A stretch of DNA of 64,000 nt from Candidatus Curtissbacteria bacterium RIFCSPLOWO2_12_FULL_41_16 (GCA_001776545.1 MFBZ01000029.1:11988-75987); one strand, 5' to 3'. Counted from the stretch's first letter, positions 18,321 through 29,014 are shown. A program made the numbers and translations. The notes: generated from the letters alone by a model not told the origin.

Positions 18321-18977
18321 TTAATATTTTCTCAACGAAATTGTCGTCTCAAACTTAGCGTTCGCCAAAAAATCAGCTCTCGATGGAGCCTTTATACCTT
18401 GATTGACGACAAAACTGACATTAACCAAAGCCGGCGAAAGAGAACCTGAGGTACTTGGAGTCGCCTTAAAACTACAGCTTTGGATATCTACTCCGGAAAC
18501 CGTGTCTGAATTCGTAAGTGTAGTATAACTGGAATCGGAAGGATTATTAGACGTTGAAACTACCACGCCCATCCATCCGTTTAGAGAACCGGTGGAGGCA
18601 AAACACTTTATGTGTAAAGGATTTTCATTTGGCCTGATAAGTTTAATATACTTATCTGAAACCGCAGCGTCTGCGCAAGAAGTTGAATTCCCGCTTTGAT
18701 TGAGGCAGTTAACATCAGTAGCGTTTCTTATCTGCCGTTCAAGCGAATCTAAAATTGCCTGACCGTTTTGTTTTACCTCCGCGGTCACATTGGCCTGATT
18801 TGTCCCGCGGAGGATTGATGTCAAAAACAAAAGTGTCGAGCCCACTCCGATAACCAAAATTCCTAAAACAACCAACAGTTCAATGAGAGTAAAACCTTTT
18901 GACAGATTGACACCTCGAGGCTTTGTGTTAATTGTTAATTTTGTTAATTGGTCAAATGTCCGCGAAGCGTAGGGCAT
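18321..18977 (-). CDS. minor pilin (PilW-like)
   Basis: KG|FTLIELLVVLGIL class III signal. Confidence 0.85.
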   Translation of the reverse strand: MPYASRTFDQLTKLTINTKPRGVNLSKGFTLIELLVVLGILVIGVGSTLLFLTSILRGTNQANVTAEVKQNGQAILDSLERQIRNATDVNCLNQSGNSTSCADAAVSDKYIKLIRPNENPLHIKCFASTGSLNGWMGVVVSTSNNPSDSSYTTLTNSDTVSGVDIQSCSFKATPSTSGSLSPALVNVSFVVNQGIKAPSRADFLANAKFETTISLRKY

Positions 18978-19046
18978 CTAATTCTACTTTACACCGTCTG
19001 CGCGTAATCGATCAAATGTCCATACTTCATAATTCATACTTCCATA

Positions 19047-19565
19047 TTACGGGGTCGGACAAGGTGAACCCGGTACAATCACACCCAGACACCAGGCTGT
19101 CAAAAATGTTTGGCTGGAAACAGACTGATTCCCGCCGGAATCGACCCAAGAAACAATAACCGTGATTGATCTTTCATTGGCGGTTGTAGATGCCAAGGTA
19201 ATTTTGCGTCTAAATTCAACATTTTCTAAAGTTATTGGCTCTCCGGTGGCATTTGGGCCGGAACATGTATTAAAACTCCAATTACTCGGGTCTGAATTTG
19301 ATGTATCAAGCGTAAAACAAATCCCACTACCGGGAATTGCGCTAAAGCCTTTTCGATCTCTATAAACTCTTATTTGTTCAAGATTTTGCTGAATCAACTT
19401 AGAAGCTTGTGTATTATTTTTTGCCGATCTGGATGTTCTCTGCGTAACCAGGCTTACTGTAACCAAAGAAACGGCCAAGGCAACCACCAGGGTTGTTGCC
19501 ACAATTACCTCAATTAAAGACTGCCCGCCCAATAGAATTGAAAATTTATTATGGTTTACTCTCAT
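19047..19565 (-). CDS. minor pilin (PilV-like)
   Basis: GG|QSLIEVIVA signal, ITVIVSW motif; ATG 19565 preferred over 19631. Confidence 0.8.
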   Translation of the reverse strand: MRVNHNKFSILLGGQSLIEVIVATTLVVALAVSLVTVSLVTQRTSRSAKNNTQASKLIQQNLEQIRVYRDRKGFSAIPGSGICFTLDTSNSDPSNWSFNTCSGPNATGEPITLENVEFRRKITLASTTANERSITVIVSWVDSGGNQSVSSQTFLTAWCLGVIVPGSPCPTP

Positions 19566-20277
19566 TAGTTTCTCCGGAAGGCTGAATAATGACCTTATAT
19601 ACACCCGGGACTTGCTGGGATGAAAGCTCAACCGTCACCGAATCTTGAGGAATAGATCCGGTCAACTTACTCTGGTCAAGATCACCGTTGACATTCAAAA
19701 ATTGCCCTGACGGAGGAGTAAACGCGGTATTCCAAAAAGTTGCGCTTTGGGTCAGAGGTTGAAACAAAATGTTGACACTGGTCTTTGTAAAAACGCCGTA
19801 TTTTATAGCGCTTATGGTCACGCCTCGAGGTAACAAAACGGTTTTTGTGTCAAAAGATTGCTCCGTACCCGAAACATTACAATCTCTGGAAATTGTGTAT
19901 TTGTCGTTAGAACCAAGACCTGCGTCAAGTATCACGTACCAACCCACCAATAAAATTGCCGGATTGGGACTGGTTGGATTACAAGTTCCACCAACCACGC
20001 CTTTGTTACCGGACAGAGCATTGTTTTGAACAAGTCTTAGATCATTTTTGAGCTGTAAGGCTGCATTCTTAAGTCGCTGATTACGTTCAAAATTTAAAAA
20101 GGATGCGGTAATAACAGACGCAGTAATGCCGAAGATGGAAATAACAATCAGGAGCTCAATCAAACTAAAACCCAGTTTTAGTTTGAAGTGATAAGTGATA
20201 AGTGATAAGTGATAAGTTTTTACTAAATTTCTGCTTGTTGCTTGTTGCTTATCGCTTTTTACTTTAAGGAAGGGCAT
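19549..20277 (-). CDS. minor pilin (FimT/GspH-like) with repeat-expanded leader
   Basis: LG|[31 protein letters not shown]. Confidence 0.85.
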   Translation of the reverse strand: MPFLKVKSDKQQATSRNLVKTYHLSLITYHFKLKLGFSLIELLIVISIFGITASVITASFLNFERNQRLKNAALQLKNDLRLVQNNALSGNKGVVGGTCNPTSPNPAILLVGWYVILDAGLGSNDKYTISRDCNVSGTEQSFDTKTVLLPRGVTISAIKYGVFTKTSVNILFQPLTQSATFWNTAFTPPSGQFLNVNGDLDQSKLTGSIPQDSVTVELSSQQVPGVYKVIIQPSGETNESKP

Positions 20278-20378
20278 TAGCTTAATATAGCATTTTCAGA
20301 TCATTTCGTCCCCACCCGAACCTCATCAGTTACTAACCTTCACCCTCAAAAGCGGACTTTTTCCGAAGTTTTCGAAAA

Positions 20379-21146
20379 TTAAAGTATCGAAAGATACAAG
20401 GCAATCAACTCTCGGCCCCAAAAAAGGGAAAGCAAAAAACCGCAGACCAAAAATGGGCCAAAGGGAATAGTCTGACCAAACCTTTTTTTACCCAAAAACA
20501 GAAGCATTATCGCAACGATTGCTCCCAGAGAAAATGCCAAAAAAACAGCCAGAATCATCTCTAAAAAGCCTAAAACCATTCCGATCAAAAAACCCAAAAT
20601 AACATCCCCCTCACCCATGCCTCGACCCCGCGTTAAAAGGACTATGGCCAGAAAAAAAATCCCTGCGCCAAAAGCCGCGAAAACATGCTCCACAAAAAGG
20701 TCGGAACGCAAAAAAAAGTAATTATAAAAAAGTGAAACAAAAGAGGCCAAAAAAACCAAAGATGTCGGAATAAGCGAGAACTTTACATCAACTGTTGCCA
20801 CTACCACTAAAACGGACACCAGAAAAAGATAAAGGAGAAATTTCGTAATTTCAAATGGATTATTGACGGAAAGCGCGTAAAAAGAAAGCACAAATAAGCC
20901 TCCCGTCACGGCCTCAACTGCCGGATACTGCCAGGATATCGGTCGCCGGCAATAACGACAACGAGCACCAAGGCCGACAAAACTAACTACCGGTATAAGA
21001 TCTATCGATGAAAGAGTAGCCTTGCAGTGATCACAATAAGATCTGCCCAAAATCGTCTCGCGGCGTATTGTCCGATCAATAACTACGTTTAGAAAACTGC
21101 CAACCGCCGTACCGATAATGAAAATTACCAAAAGCCAAAAGAACAT
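20379..21146 (-). CDS. pilD: prepilin peptidase
   Basis: GSFLNVVIDR, RSYCDHC...CRYC, GMGEGD, IPFGPFL. Confidence 0.95.
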   Translation of the reverse strand: MFFWLLVIFIIGTAVGSFLNVVIDRTIRRETILGRSYCDHCKATLSSIDLIPVVSFVGLGARCRYCRRPISWQYPAVEAVTGGLFVLSFYALSVNNPFEITKFLLYLFLVSVLVVVATVDVKFSLIPTSLVFLASFVSLFYNYFFLRSDLFVEHVFAAFGAGIFFLAIVLLTRGRGMGEGDVILGFLIGMVLGFLEMILAVFLAFSLGAIVAIMLLFLGKKRFGQTIPFGPFLVCGFLLSLFWGRELIALYLSIL

Positions 21147-21182
21147 TTACTTAATTAATATACTATACTATATTGCTTTGTT

Positions 21183-23336
21183 ATGATTAGTGCTCCAGCC
21201 AAATCGTGGCCATTGATAGTAATCACCTTTGTCATTTTCATTTTTTTTATAAAACTTTTCATTCCTCACCAAGCGATTTTCGTAACACCAGATTATGGCC
21301 GGAGCGACGCTTGGCATCTATCAATTGCCAATAAATATTACTACGCCCAAGAACTCAAAAAAAACCGCCTGCCAATTTGGAATCCCGCCGTCGGCACCGG
21401 CTTTCCAACTTTGGCCGAAGGCCAGACGGGCATCTTTTTCATACCCAATCTGATCCTGTTTCGATCATTACCTTTTGTTTTGGCCTACAATTTGAATTTA
21501 GTTCTGGCTTTCATTTTGGCCGCTTTCGGCGTCTATTTATTTTGCAGGTCACTTAATTTAAATAAATTTGCCTCCCTATATGGAGGCATTATTTTTGCTC
21601 TTGGTGGTTTTTTTATGGTCCACATTCCACACCTTCATCTCATCCAGACCGCCGCCATGCTTCCGTGGCTTTTCTGGGCCGCGAATGAATTTTTAAATAA
21701 CCAAAAAGTCCGCTATCTGCTTTTCTTAAGCCTCATCCTCTCGCAACAAATTTTCGCCGGATTTCCGCAAATAACAGCTTACGGTCTTTTTTCTTTATCA
21801 ATTTATGTAATTCTGCAGAACTTTTTTAAAAACAAAAAAGGACTCAAGTCGTTCATGATAATTAACTTGTCAATCATCCTCGGACTTTTAATCGCAACTA
21901 TTCAAATAGCACCAACTTACGAACTTCTCAAAGTTTCAAACCGCCACAATGACCCCCAATTAATCCTAAACCAGTTTCCTTACAAAGTGAAAAATCTTCT
22001 GCAGTTTTTAAATCCTTCTATTCTTGGATCTCCAAAAGACGGAACATATCCGAGGTGGGTTCCGGGTCAATGGGGAATATACTGGGAAAGTATTGCCTAC
22101 ATAGGAATCATTCCCCTCGCGCTATCGGCAGCGTCGACAGTTTTACTTTATTTTAAAAAAACCAGGGATAAAAAACCGATTGTCATTTTTGCCTCTCTGG
22201 CGACTTTAAGCATTTTATTATCCCTGGGATCATCCGCGCCTTTTCACCCATTGTTCTCTTTTCCACCCTTCTCGATCTTTAGAGTTCCTTCTCGTTTCTT
22301 GATAATCACTCAATTCTCGCTATGCGTACTCGCAGCAATTTATATCAACAAAATAACAAGGAGGCGTTTTTTGTATTTTTTGGTTTTGATTATCTCAATC
22401 GCGAATCTCTTTTTTGTATTTAAAAATTACAATCCTGTCGGCCGAGCTCCAGACTGGTTCGCAAGTCCTGAAACTGCAAAATACCTAAAAAGTCAAAATC
22501 CGGGGCGTATCTATACATTCGGCCAATTCACAAAATGGACCGAGCACTTTCTTTCCAGAGGATGGAAAGACCCCGGCTATTATTATTTTGCCAGAAACAG
22601 CCTTGACCAGAACTCCAATCTGATTTTTAATCTCTCGCAGGTTTTAAGTTACGAAAGCCTGCCAACACAGCGTTCATCAATTTTTGCTGCTTCAATATCC
22701 TCCGCCTTTAAAAGGGAAGACTCTGGTTATTCGGCCACAGCAAATCTGGCAAATTTTCTGGCCGCTGCCGGCGTGAGCCACGTGATCTCGACGGAAAACA
22801 TAGAAAGCGGCGATTTTCGAAAAGTTTTTGAAACGGCAGAAACAGAGAATACTTCATTCAAAATTTACAAATTGGCAAAAGATCCCTCACGCCTCTTCGT
22901 AACAGATCAGCTAAAAACTGCAAAAACCGTTCCGCAAATTACAAAAACCATAGAGAATAGAGAATTTGATCCGAAAAATCAGGCAATCGTCGAAATGGAT
23001 TCCAATCCTCCCGTTCTCAAACTTAGAAGTTGGCAAGCAAAAATAGTCGAAGAAACTCCTACAAAAGTTAAAATCGCCGCCAGGCTTGACGGCAATGGTT
23101 TCCTGATCCTTTCGGATAGTTTTTCCCCGGGCTGGTCAGCCAAAGTCAACGGCGCAAAAGCAAAGATTTATCCTGCAAACATAAACAGCCGGGCAGTTTT
23201 TTTAGACAATGGAGAAAACAAAATAATTTTTGAGTATAAGCCGAAAAGTCTTTATTACTTTTTACCAATCTCAATCATCTCGCTGGCTCTAACGCTAGTT
23301 TCTATATTTAAATTTTCAAAAGCAAAAATTATTTAA
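21183..23336 (+). CDS. YfhO-family GT-C membrane glycosyltransferase
   Basis: LPIWNP..GTGFP, many TMs, FRVPSRF, C-terminal LSDSFSPGWSAKVNG...FEYKP. Confidence 0.85.
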   Translation: MISAPAKSWPLIVITFVIFIFFIKLFIPHQAIFVTPDYGRSDAWHLSIANKYYYAQELKKNRLPIWNPAVGTGFPTLAEGQTGIFFIPNLILFRSLPFVLAYNLNLVLAFILAAFGVYLFCRSLNLNKFASLYGGIIFALGGFFMVHIPHLHLIQTAAMLPWLFWAANEFLNNQKVRYLLFLSLILSQQIFAGFPQITAYGLFSLSIYVILQNFFKNKKGLKSFMIINLSIILGLLIATIQIAPTYELLKVSNRHNDPQLILNQFPYKVKNLLQFLNPSILGSPKDGTYPRWVPGQWGIYWESIAYIGIIPLALSAASTVLLYFKKTRDKKPIVIFASLATLSILLSLGSSAPFHPLFSFPPFSIFRVPSRFLIITQFSLCVLAAIYINKITRRRFLYFLVLIISIANLFFVFKNYNPVGRAPDWFASPETAKYLKSQNPGRIYTFGQFTKWTEHFLSRGWKDPGYYYFARNSLDQNSNLIFNLSQVLSYESLPTQRSSIFAASISSAFKREDSGYSATANLANFLAAAGVSHVISTENIESGDFRKVFETAETENTSFKIYKLAKDPSRLFVTDQLKTAKTVPQITKTIENREFDPKNQAIVEMDSNPPVLKLRSWQAKIVEETPTKVKIAARLDGNGFLILSDSFSPGWSAKVNGAKAKIYPANINSRAVFLDNGENKIIFEYKPKSLYYFLPISIISLALTLVSIFKFSKAKII

Positions 23337-25365
23337 AAGTAGGCTCGAGTTTTCTTTGTTGCTCATCCAAAAGCATTTGATATCTTGCAGCTGCTGCTTC
23401 ATCCAAATCGCAGTCTTTGGCAATTTTGACAAGTTGATTTAAGACATATTGATTCCGTTCGTTAATCGAATTTGCCCTGACAAAATTATTCTTTGCGCTC
23501 GTACAGTCACCTTTCTCCAGAAAAACTCGAGCCTTGCCTATGTAATAATCCTCGCTTTCGCCAATAATGGTGTTAGCAATAAAATAAAACTTCAACGCAT
23601 CATCATAATATTTCTTGGAAAGTAATTCATCGCCGATTTTTTTGTAGGATTCAAAGTAAAGAGCCTTAATATGCTCACCGATAAAATTTCTATAGCCGAC
23701 AGCCAGAGCGCCATCAGTAAACTTTAACCTGGGAAATATCGAGGCGACTGAATCAAAAATTATTCTCCCGTCCTCGATTTCATCTTTTTTAAAAAGTTCT
23801 GTCAAAAGCCCCGTTGTCGCCCATGATCCGTCTTCTATTTGCGGGACATAACCCCGGGCATAAATTTTAAAACGGGCTTTATTTGCGTTTATAAGTTCTT
23901 GCATAAAAGTAGCACTATCAAGTTGCCTGTCTTCAAAAAATTTCTCCGGGAAAGTTAAGTCCGGGTATGCTTCGACAAGTGAGAGACGATATTCTAAATA
24001 TCTCAAAGACCCGCCCTTTACTAATTTACGGTTTTGATAAATAGGATTCGTATAGTAGACGTATTGAGTGTTGAAAACGAGGGTATCGTCATAAACAAAA
24101 ATTATCGAATTAGGCTCTGACGATTCCAAAGTATCTCGCCCCAAAAGATCACCCAAGTAAAACTTTGATAAATCGCTTTTTGGCCAATTGATCAAAAACA
24201 ATGTCAGCGGAAAAATTAAAAATGATAATTTAATAGTTAAATCAAGAGTTTCTATCCTAAAAACCCAGGCTTTTTTCAAAAGATTTAGGCTTTTAAAAAA
24301 TTTCAGTAATCCCAGGCGTACCGCTGCAAAACCGAACCCTAAAAATATTGCCGTTAAAAAATAGCTAACTAGTAGAAAACGTTCCCAAATTCCTAAAAGA
24401 AAGTCTGTTGACAGTGCGAAGCTGGCGTAAGCTGCAAAAAAAGGCCCGGACAAAATCATTCCGGCAAAAAGCATCCAAAACAAAGACCTTTTTTTGATAA
24501 AGGCATAGAAAGACCCAAAAATAGCCAAAATTACTCCGAAAACAGTAAAATCATTTTTTACAAAATAAAAATAACTGATAATTTCCCAGGCCCTTTCGGA
24601 AAGTCTTGTGCCGATAAAACTCTTGGATGCCAAAAAAGTACCGTAATCGGCTCGGGTCAAAAGCCGCAAAAAGTTCCTCAAATTTTCAGGGTCATTCCAA
24701 TTTATAGGCGTATGGCGGCTTGCCGCATACGGGATAAAAAGATATGGTAAAAAACCGATGGCTGCAAGTATTGCAAGCTTTAAAAAAGATCTCCGGTTTT
24801 TGAAAATTTTACTGTCAGTCTTATAAACGAAATAGGCTAGTCCGGGCAAAATCAAAACGGCGGTCTGATGGTGGAAAAAGGCCAGTCCGAAAAAAATAAT
24901 AGACCAGTACAAAAACTTAATTTTGGGCTTTTTTTGACTGACTGAGTCATTCCACAAAATTAAAAAATAAACGGTTAAAGCAGTCAAGAGAACCAAAAGC
25001 TGAAAAACTTCTGTGACATGGGCATATAACCAAAATAGGGGAGTAAAGGCTAAAGTCAATGACGCGGCAAGTGAAAGAATTGCACTGCTTGTCAATTTTT
25101 TAACAATCAGAAAAACCACTCCAATAGACATTGCCTGTAATACCGCCGACATTAAATTAGACCGATAACTAACCGTATCCCCAAAAGGCAAATGGGTAAA
25201 AATATATCCAATCATTGTGTTTAGGGGATAACCGGGCGGGTGCGCAACCCCGCCAAACCAGTTAGCAAGAGTTATATCACCGGCATCACCACCATAAACT
25301 CCATGCGAAATACCCAAAAAATAAATAACGAAAGTAAAAAGCGAAACAAAAAGAAAACTGGTCAT
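23329..25365 (-). CDS. DUF2723/TMEM260-like membrane glycosyltransferase with C-terminal TPR-like region
   Basis: GDAGD...GVAHPPGYPL, HHQT, INWNDP, WERF, DDTLVF..QY motifs. Confidence 0.8.
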   Translation of the reverse strand: MTSFLFVSLFTFVIYFLGISHGVYGGDAGDITLANWFGGVAHPPGYPLNTMIGYIFTHLPFGDTVSYRSNLMSAVLQAMSIGVVFLIVKKLTSSAILSLAASLTLAFTPLFWLYAHVTEVFQLLVLLTALTVYFLILWNDSVSQKKPKIKFLYWSIIFFGLAFFHHQTAVLILPGLAYFVYKTDSKIFKNRRSFLKLAILAAIGFLPYLFIPYAASRHTPINWNDPENLRNFLRLLTRADYGTFLASKSFIGTRLSERAWEIISYFYFVKNDFTVFGVILAIFGSFYAFIKKRSLFWMLFAGMILSGPFFAAYASFALSTDFLLGIWERFLLVSYFLTAIFLGFGFAAVRLGLLKFFKSLNLLKKAWVFRIETLDLTIKLSFLIFPLTLFLINWPKSDLSKFYLGDLLGRDTLESSEPNSIIFVYDDTLVFNTQYVYYTNPIYQNRKLVKGGSLRYLEYRLSLVEAYPDLTFPEKFFEDRQLDSATFMQELINANKARFKIYARGYVPQIEDGSWATTGLLTELFKKDEIEDGRIIFDSVASIFPRLKFTDGALAVGYRNFIGEHIKALYFESYKKIGDELLSKKYYDDALKFYFIANTIIGESEDYYIGKARVFLEKGDCTSAKNNFVRANSINERNQYVLNQLVKIAKDCDLDEAAAARYQMLLDEQQRKLEPTFK

Positions 25366-26753
25366 TCTCTAAAAATTGACAATTTATATTTAGAAAGAGT
25401 ATCTAAATCTTTGTGAAGCTGGGTGATGTTAGTAACCCCTCTTAAATCACCAACGCTAACTCGAGGGTAAATTGATCCCCATAGTGCAAGCTTATCGAGC
25501 GATGGATCATTCGAAAACAACTGGCCGCGAACATCAGATAAAAAACCATATCTTTCAATTGTAATCTTTGTTCCTTGCGCTGAACTATTAATTGAAAAAG
25601 CAGATATTAAGACAATGGTAAAAATTGTAAATATTTTTAACCAATTGAAACTCAGAAAATTTTCTGATTTACTTTTTTGGGAAATATTCAAGTTAAAGTA
25701 GATCATCACTACAATCACTACCCAAAATAATTCAACAACTGTTATGTAACGAGAAACTGGCTGAGTCGGTAAACCAAGTCCTAATCGTCCGGCACCCGTA
25801 ACCACCGAGTTGAAAATAGCATAAAAACCTAAAGCAACACTTGATAAAATCAAAGTATTATTAAATAATTTTCCCCGGATAAATTTCAAAAGCAAATAAG
25901 CATAAATTACAAGCCCGAATATTCCCGATGCAATTGCTCTATTTGGGCTAAATATTTCAAGCGGAGATCCCAAAAGCATCAAAACCAATTTCACATAATC
26001 AATGGGGTGCTCGAAAACCAAAGTCATGGGAATTGGAGGATTAAAAGCCGGTTTTTGATATTTAAAAAAATAAGAAATGTAAATTAATAAAGATATGACA
26101 ACCCAAATTGTCAGAAATTTCACCTTTCTTATTTTAGAAATTTTTGGATGTAAAAAAATAATTACAAACCCAATCGGCCAGTAACTCAAACCTCCTGCAT
26201 AAGAATAAGTCGCAAAAGTACCAAAAACAACCGCAGCACCGACTGCAACCCAGGAAATAATTGGGGACGTTAAAATTAACAAACCCACAAGTATCGAAAA
26301 AAGGTTCATAAAAACCAATTTCTGCATTCCCCAAGTCCAGTTTTCAAATTGGCTGAGGGAAAAAACTAAGAAAGATAAAGTAGGTAATATAAATAAAATA
26401 GAATATTTTCGAAAATGTTTTACTTCTCGGTTTAAAAAATAAACTAGAGAAAGGAAAATCCCAAAGCCTAAAATCAAATTAAAAGCTATCTCATATTTTA
26501 AATTCCAACCTGTAAGCTGCCCGAGGGCTAGGGTCAAAAGATGAGGGAAAACCAGTCGGTGTTCATTGTGCTGTGACCAAAGATCATAAAAGGTAAGTGA
26601 TCCGGAAAACATCTTTTCAAACAGAGGCACTGAATACCACTCAACCCAGGTAGGTAAATCTACTGAAAACTTCACCAATATGTAAATTAAATAAATTATG
26701 GGAAGAATGGCAAAAAGTAAAATAAAAATTTTAGTTAACAAGAATCTATTCAT
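25362..26753 (-). CDS. polytopic membrane protein, putative GT-C glycosyltransferase
   Basis: About 12 hydrophobic segments, WSQHNEHRLVFP loop, QFENW, SRY; start 26753 or 26795. Confidence 0.6.
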   Translation of the reverse strand: MNRFLLTKIFILLFAILPIIYLIYILVKFSVDLPTWVEWYSVPLFEKMFSGSLTFYDLWSQHNEHRLVFPHLLTLALGQLTGWNLKYEIAFNLILGFGIFLSLVYFLNREVKHFRKYSILFILPTLSFLVFSLSQFENWTWGMQKLVFMNLFSILVGLLILTSPIISWVAVGAAVVFGTFATYSYAGGLSYWPIGFVIIFLHPKISKIRKVKFLTIWVVISLLIYISYFFKYQKPAFNPPIPMTLVFEHPIDYVKLVLMLLGSPLEIFSPNRAIASGIFGLVIYAYLLLKFIRGKLFNNTLILSSVALGFYAIFNSVVTGAGRLGLGLPTQPVSRYITVVELFWVVIVVMIYFNLNISQKSKSENFLSFNWLKIFTIFTIVLISAFSINSSAQGTKITIERYGFLSDVRGQLFSNDPSLDKLALWGSIYPRVSVGDLRGVTNITQLHKDLDTLSKYKLSIFRE

Positions 26754-26835
26754 TGTAGAATCCCTAAATTTAATAGAATAGTTTGTCAATTTCAAGTATA
26801 AAGTGTTATCTTAAATCACTAACGATTCCGGCAGC

Positions 26836-27501
26836 ATGCAAGTTATCGAAGACATAAAAGAATTGTACATTAATCGTTTTTCAAAAGACGAACGAAAAGA
26901 AAGAAATGATATCTGGGAAGTTTTATGTTCAAGTTTTTTCCAACAATACATCGACCCGAAAAACAGTGTACTCGATTTAGGAGCAGGTTACTGTGAATTT
27001 ATTAACAATATCAAAGCTAAGCGCAAAATTGCGGTAGATCTTAATCCTGAAACCAAAAAGTTTGCCGATCATAATGTCAGAACTTTAATTTGCTCATCCA
27101 CAAAACTTCCAAAACAGCTGACTGGAAAAATCGACATCGTGTTTGCCAGCAATTTTTTTGAACACTTGCCGACAAAAGAAGATATCGTCAAAACGCTTGC
27201 ACAAGTTAAAAAAGCACTTGCAAGAAAGGGCAAAATTATAATCATGCATCCCAATATTAGATATTTAGGCGGTTCCTATTGGGACTTTTTAGACCACCAG
27301 CTTCCCTTGTCAGAAAAAAGCCTTGTAGAAGCGCTTACTCTTTCTAATTTCAAAATCATAAAAGTTATTCCTAAATTTCTTCCCTATACAATAAAATCTA
27401 AAATTCCAAAATATAAATGGTTAATTCGCCTTTATTTAAAATTTAAACTGGCTCATTTTATTCTCGGAAAACAAAGTCTGATTATTGCCCAAAAAATCTA
27501 A
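26836..27501 (+). CDS. class I SAM-dependent methyltransferase
   Basis: VLDLGAGYCEF, SNFFEHL. Confidence 0.9.
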   Translation: MQVIEDIKELYINRFSKDERKERNDIWEVLCSSFFQQYIDPKNSVLDLGAGYCEFINNIKAKRKIAVDLNPETKKFADHNVRTLICSSTKLPKQLTGKIDIVFASNFFEHLPTKEDIVKTLAQVKKALARKGKIIIMHPNIRYLGGSYWDFLDHQLPLSEKSLVEALTLSNFKIIKVIPKFLPYTIKSKIPKYKWLIRLYLKFKLAHFILGKQSLIIAQKI

Positions 27502-28802
27502 TGCCTTTTAGATTCTTCACCAAACCTTAAAATGGCGGCAAGTAAAATTAATAAGCTAATTAGAAAGTAGTAGTGGATAAATGCTAATTTATTAAAAAAG
27601 AAAAATGTAAAAAGAAAAAAAGCAACCGCAAGTACAAACCTTGACCAAATTCTACTTGCTGCCCATATTAAAGAAAAAATTCCGACTACCGTCCAGACAA
27701 AATATAAAAATATTTTCGGTATATCTCGTCCCCAAAGAAAATAGAAAAAAGTATTAACTGTAATACTATCGTACCTTGCGGGATAGTTTAAAAAAAATTT
27801 TATCGTATCGTGATAAAAATCAGAAAAAGACCATAAGGCAAATGGCAGAATAGAAACCCCAATCAACAAAAGTGCCCGAAGTATCACGGTTTTTTTTAAT
27901 TTTGTAAAAATCAGAAAAAAGGGGATCAATATCAGCAAGCTCTGTTTCAGGCTCAAGAAAAAAGCCAGTATTATGTAAGAATATAAGTCTTTTGCGCGTA
28001 CCCTAATCTGTAAGAAAATTAAACCCGCTAAAAAAGCAAAAATTAAGCCGTCAATCCAGGACTGTTCAAGAATAAAGGATCCGGATGGATGATATAAAAA
28101 CACAAGCGGCAATATAAATTTCAGGGATTTTGCTTTTGATTTCAAAGACTCAATTATTTTGTAAATTATAAAAGCAGTTACCAGGTCGCTGATTATAAAA
28201 GCTACTCTGGGGTCGGAAAACAAATAATCAATTGGCGCAAAGACCAAAAGAGTTAACGGAAAATAGGTAAAATAATCAGGAATGACACCGACATATCTTT
28301 GAGGATAAAGTTGACTATAGGGGTTTTCCCCGGAAAATAAATATCTCGGGCCTTCTTTTAACATATCAAAAACATCTATCCTTGGAGATGGTGAAGAAAT
28401 CAGAACCATCACCCTAAGAACAATCGCCAGAATAATCATCGCCAAAAATGACAGTTTTTGTATGTTATTTTTTTTGCCTGAACTTAAAACCAGAAAAAGA
28501 GAGAAAATCAAAACAAGAGGAATGGCCAATTTAATAAGATTAAACGCCGGTCCCGGTTCTTGATAAATACCGCCAAACAAAAGGACAAAAAGCAAACTAT
28601 TAATTATAAATACAAACGGAGCGATTAGCTCAAAGCCGATATTGTCAATGAAAGTTCTCTTTTTCAAAAAAAACGAAAAGCCAAAAAGCATGTAGGTAAA
28701 AGCGAGGACTAAAAATGAATGGTATGAATAAAAACCTCGGGATAAACTGTAGCCAAAGATCGAAATCAAGTACAAAACCAACAGAAAAGAAGCACTCTGC
28801 AT
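27498..28802 (-). CDS. GT87/DUF2029-like membrane glycosyltransferase
   Basis: IDV.......L..GENPY...FTYFP...DPR...KQ pattern, many TMs. Confidence 0.65.
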   Translation of the reverse strand: MQSASFLLVLYLISIFGYSLSRGFYSYHSFLVLAFTYMLFGFSFFLKKRTFIDNIGFELIAPFVFIINSLLFVLLFGGIYQEPGPAFNLIKLAIPLVLIFSLFLVLSSGKKNNIQKLSFLAMIILAIVLRVMVLISSPSPRIDVFDMLKEGPRYLFSGENPYSQLYPQRYVGVIPDYFTYFPLTLLVFAPIDYLFSDPRVAFIISDLVTAFIIYKIIESLKSKAKSLKFILPLVFLYHPSGSFILEQSWIDGLIFAFLAGLIFLQIRVRAKDLYSYIILAFFLSLKQSLLILIPFFLIFTKLKKTVILRALLLIGVSILPFALWSFSDFYHDTIKFFLNYPARYDSITVNTFFYFLWGRDIPKIFLYFVWTVVGIFSLIWAASRIWSRFVLAVAFFLFTFFFFNKLAFIHYYFLISLLILLAAILRFGEESKRH

Positions 28803-28952
28803 TAAAAAACGGGCAGGAAAAATATTCTTAGGGTATCAGTATAAAACCAAAACAATCAAAATCCAATAGCAAAAGTAGTCTTTTTAAATCCTGGCTCTCT
28901 CAAGCCGGCAGACTCGACTTCTTATACAACAACTTATGGCTTATGTTAGATG

Positions 28953-28988
28953 AAAAAGAGCACAATGGATATCCCGATTGTGCTCTTT
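28953..28988 (-). terminator. intrinsic terminator of the major pilin gene
   Basis: AAAGAGCACAAT/ATTGTGCTCTTT stem with a T-run on the minus strand. Confidence 0.75.
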
Positions 28989-29014
28989 AAATTTCAAGGC
29001 TTCTCAAACCTCAA

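Noticed and set aside
28924-28951. dif-like site at the edge of the glycosylation block (TTATGTTAGAT)
   Set aside because: Only one arm resembles a XerD site; there is no matching partner arm.
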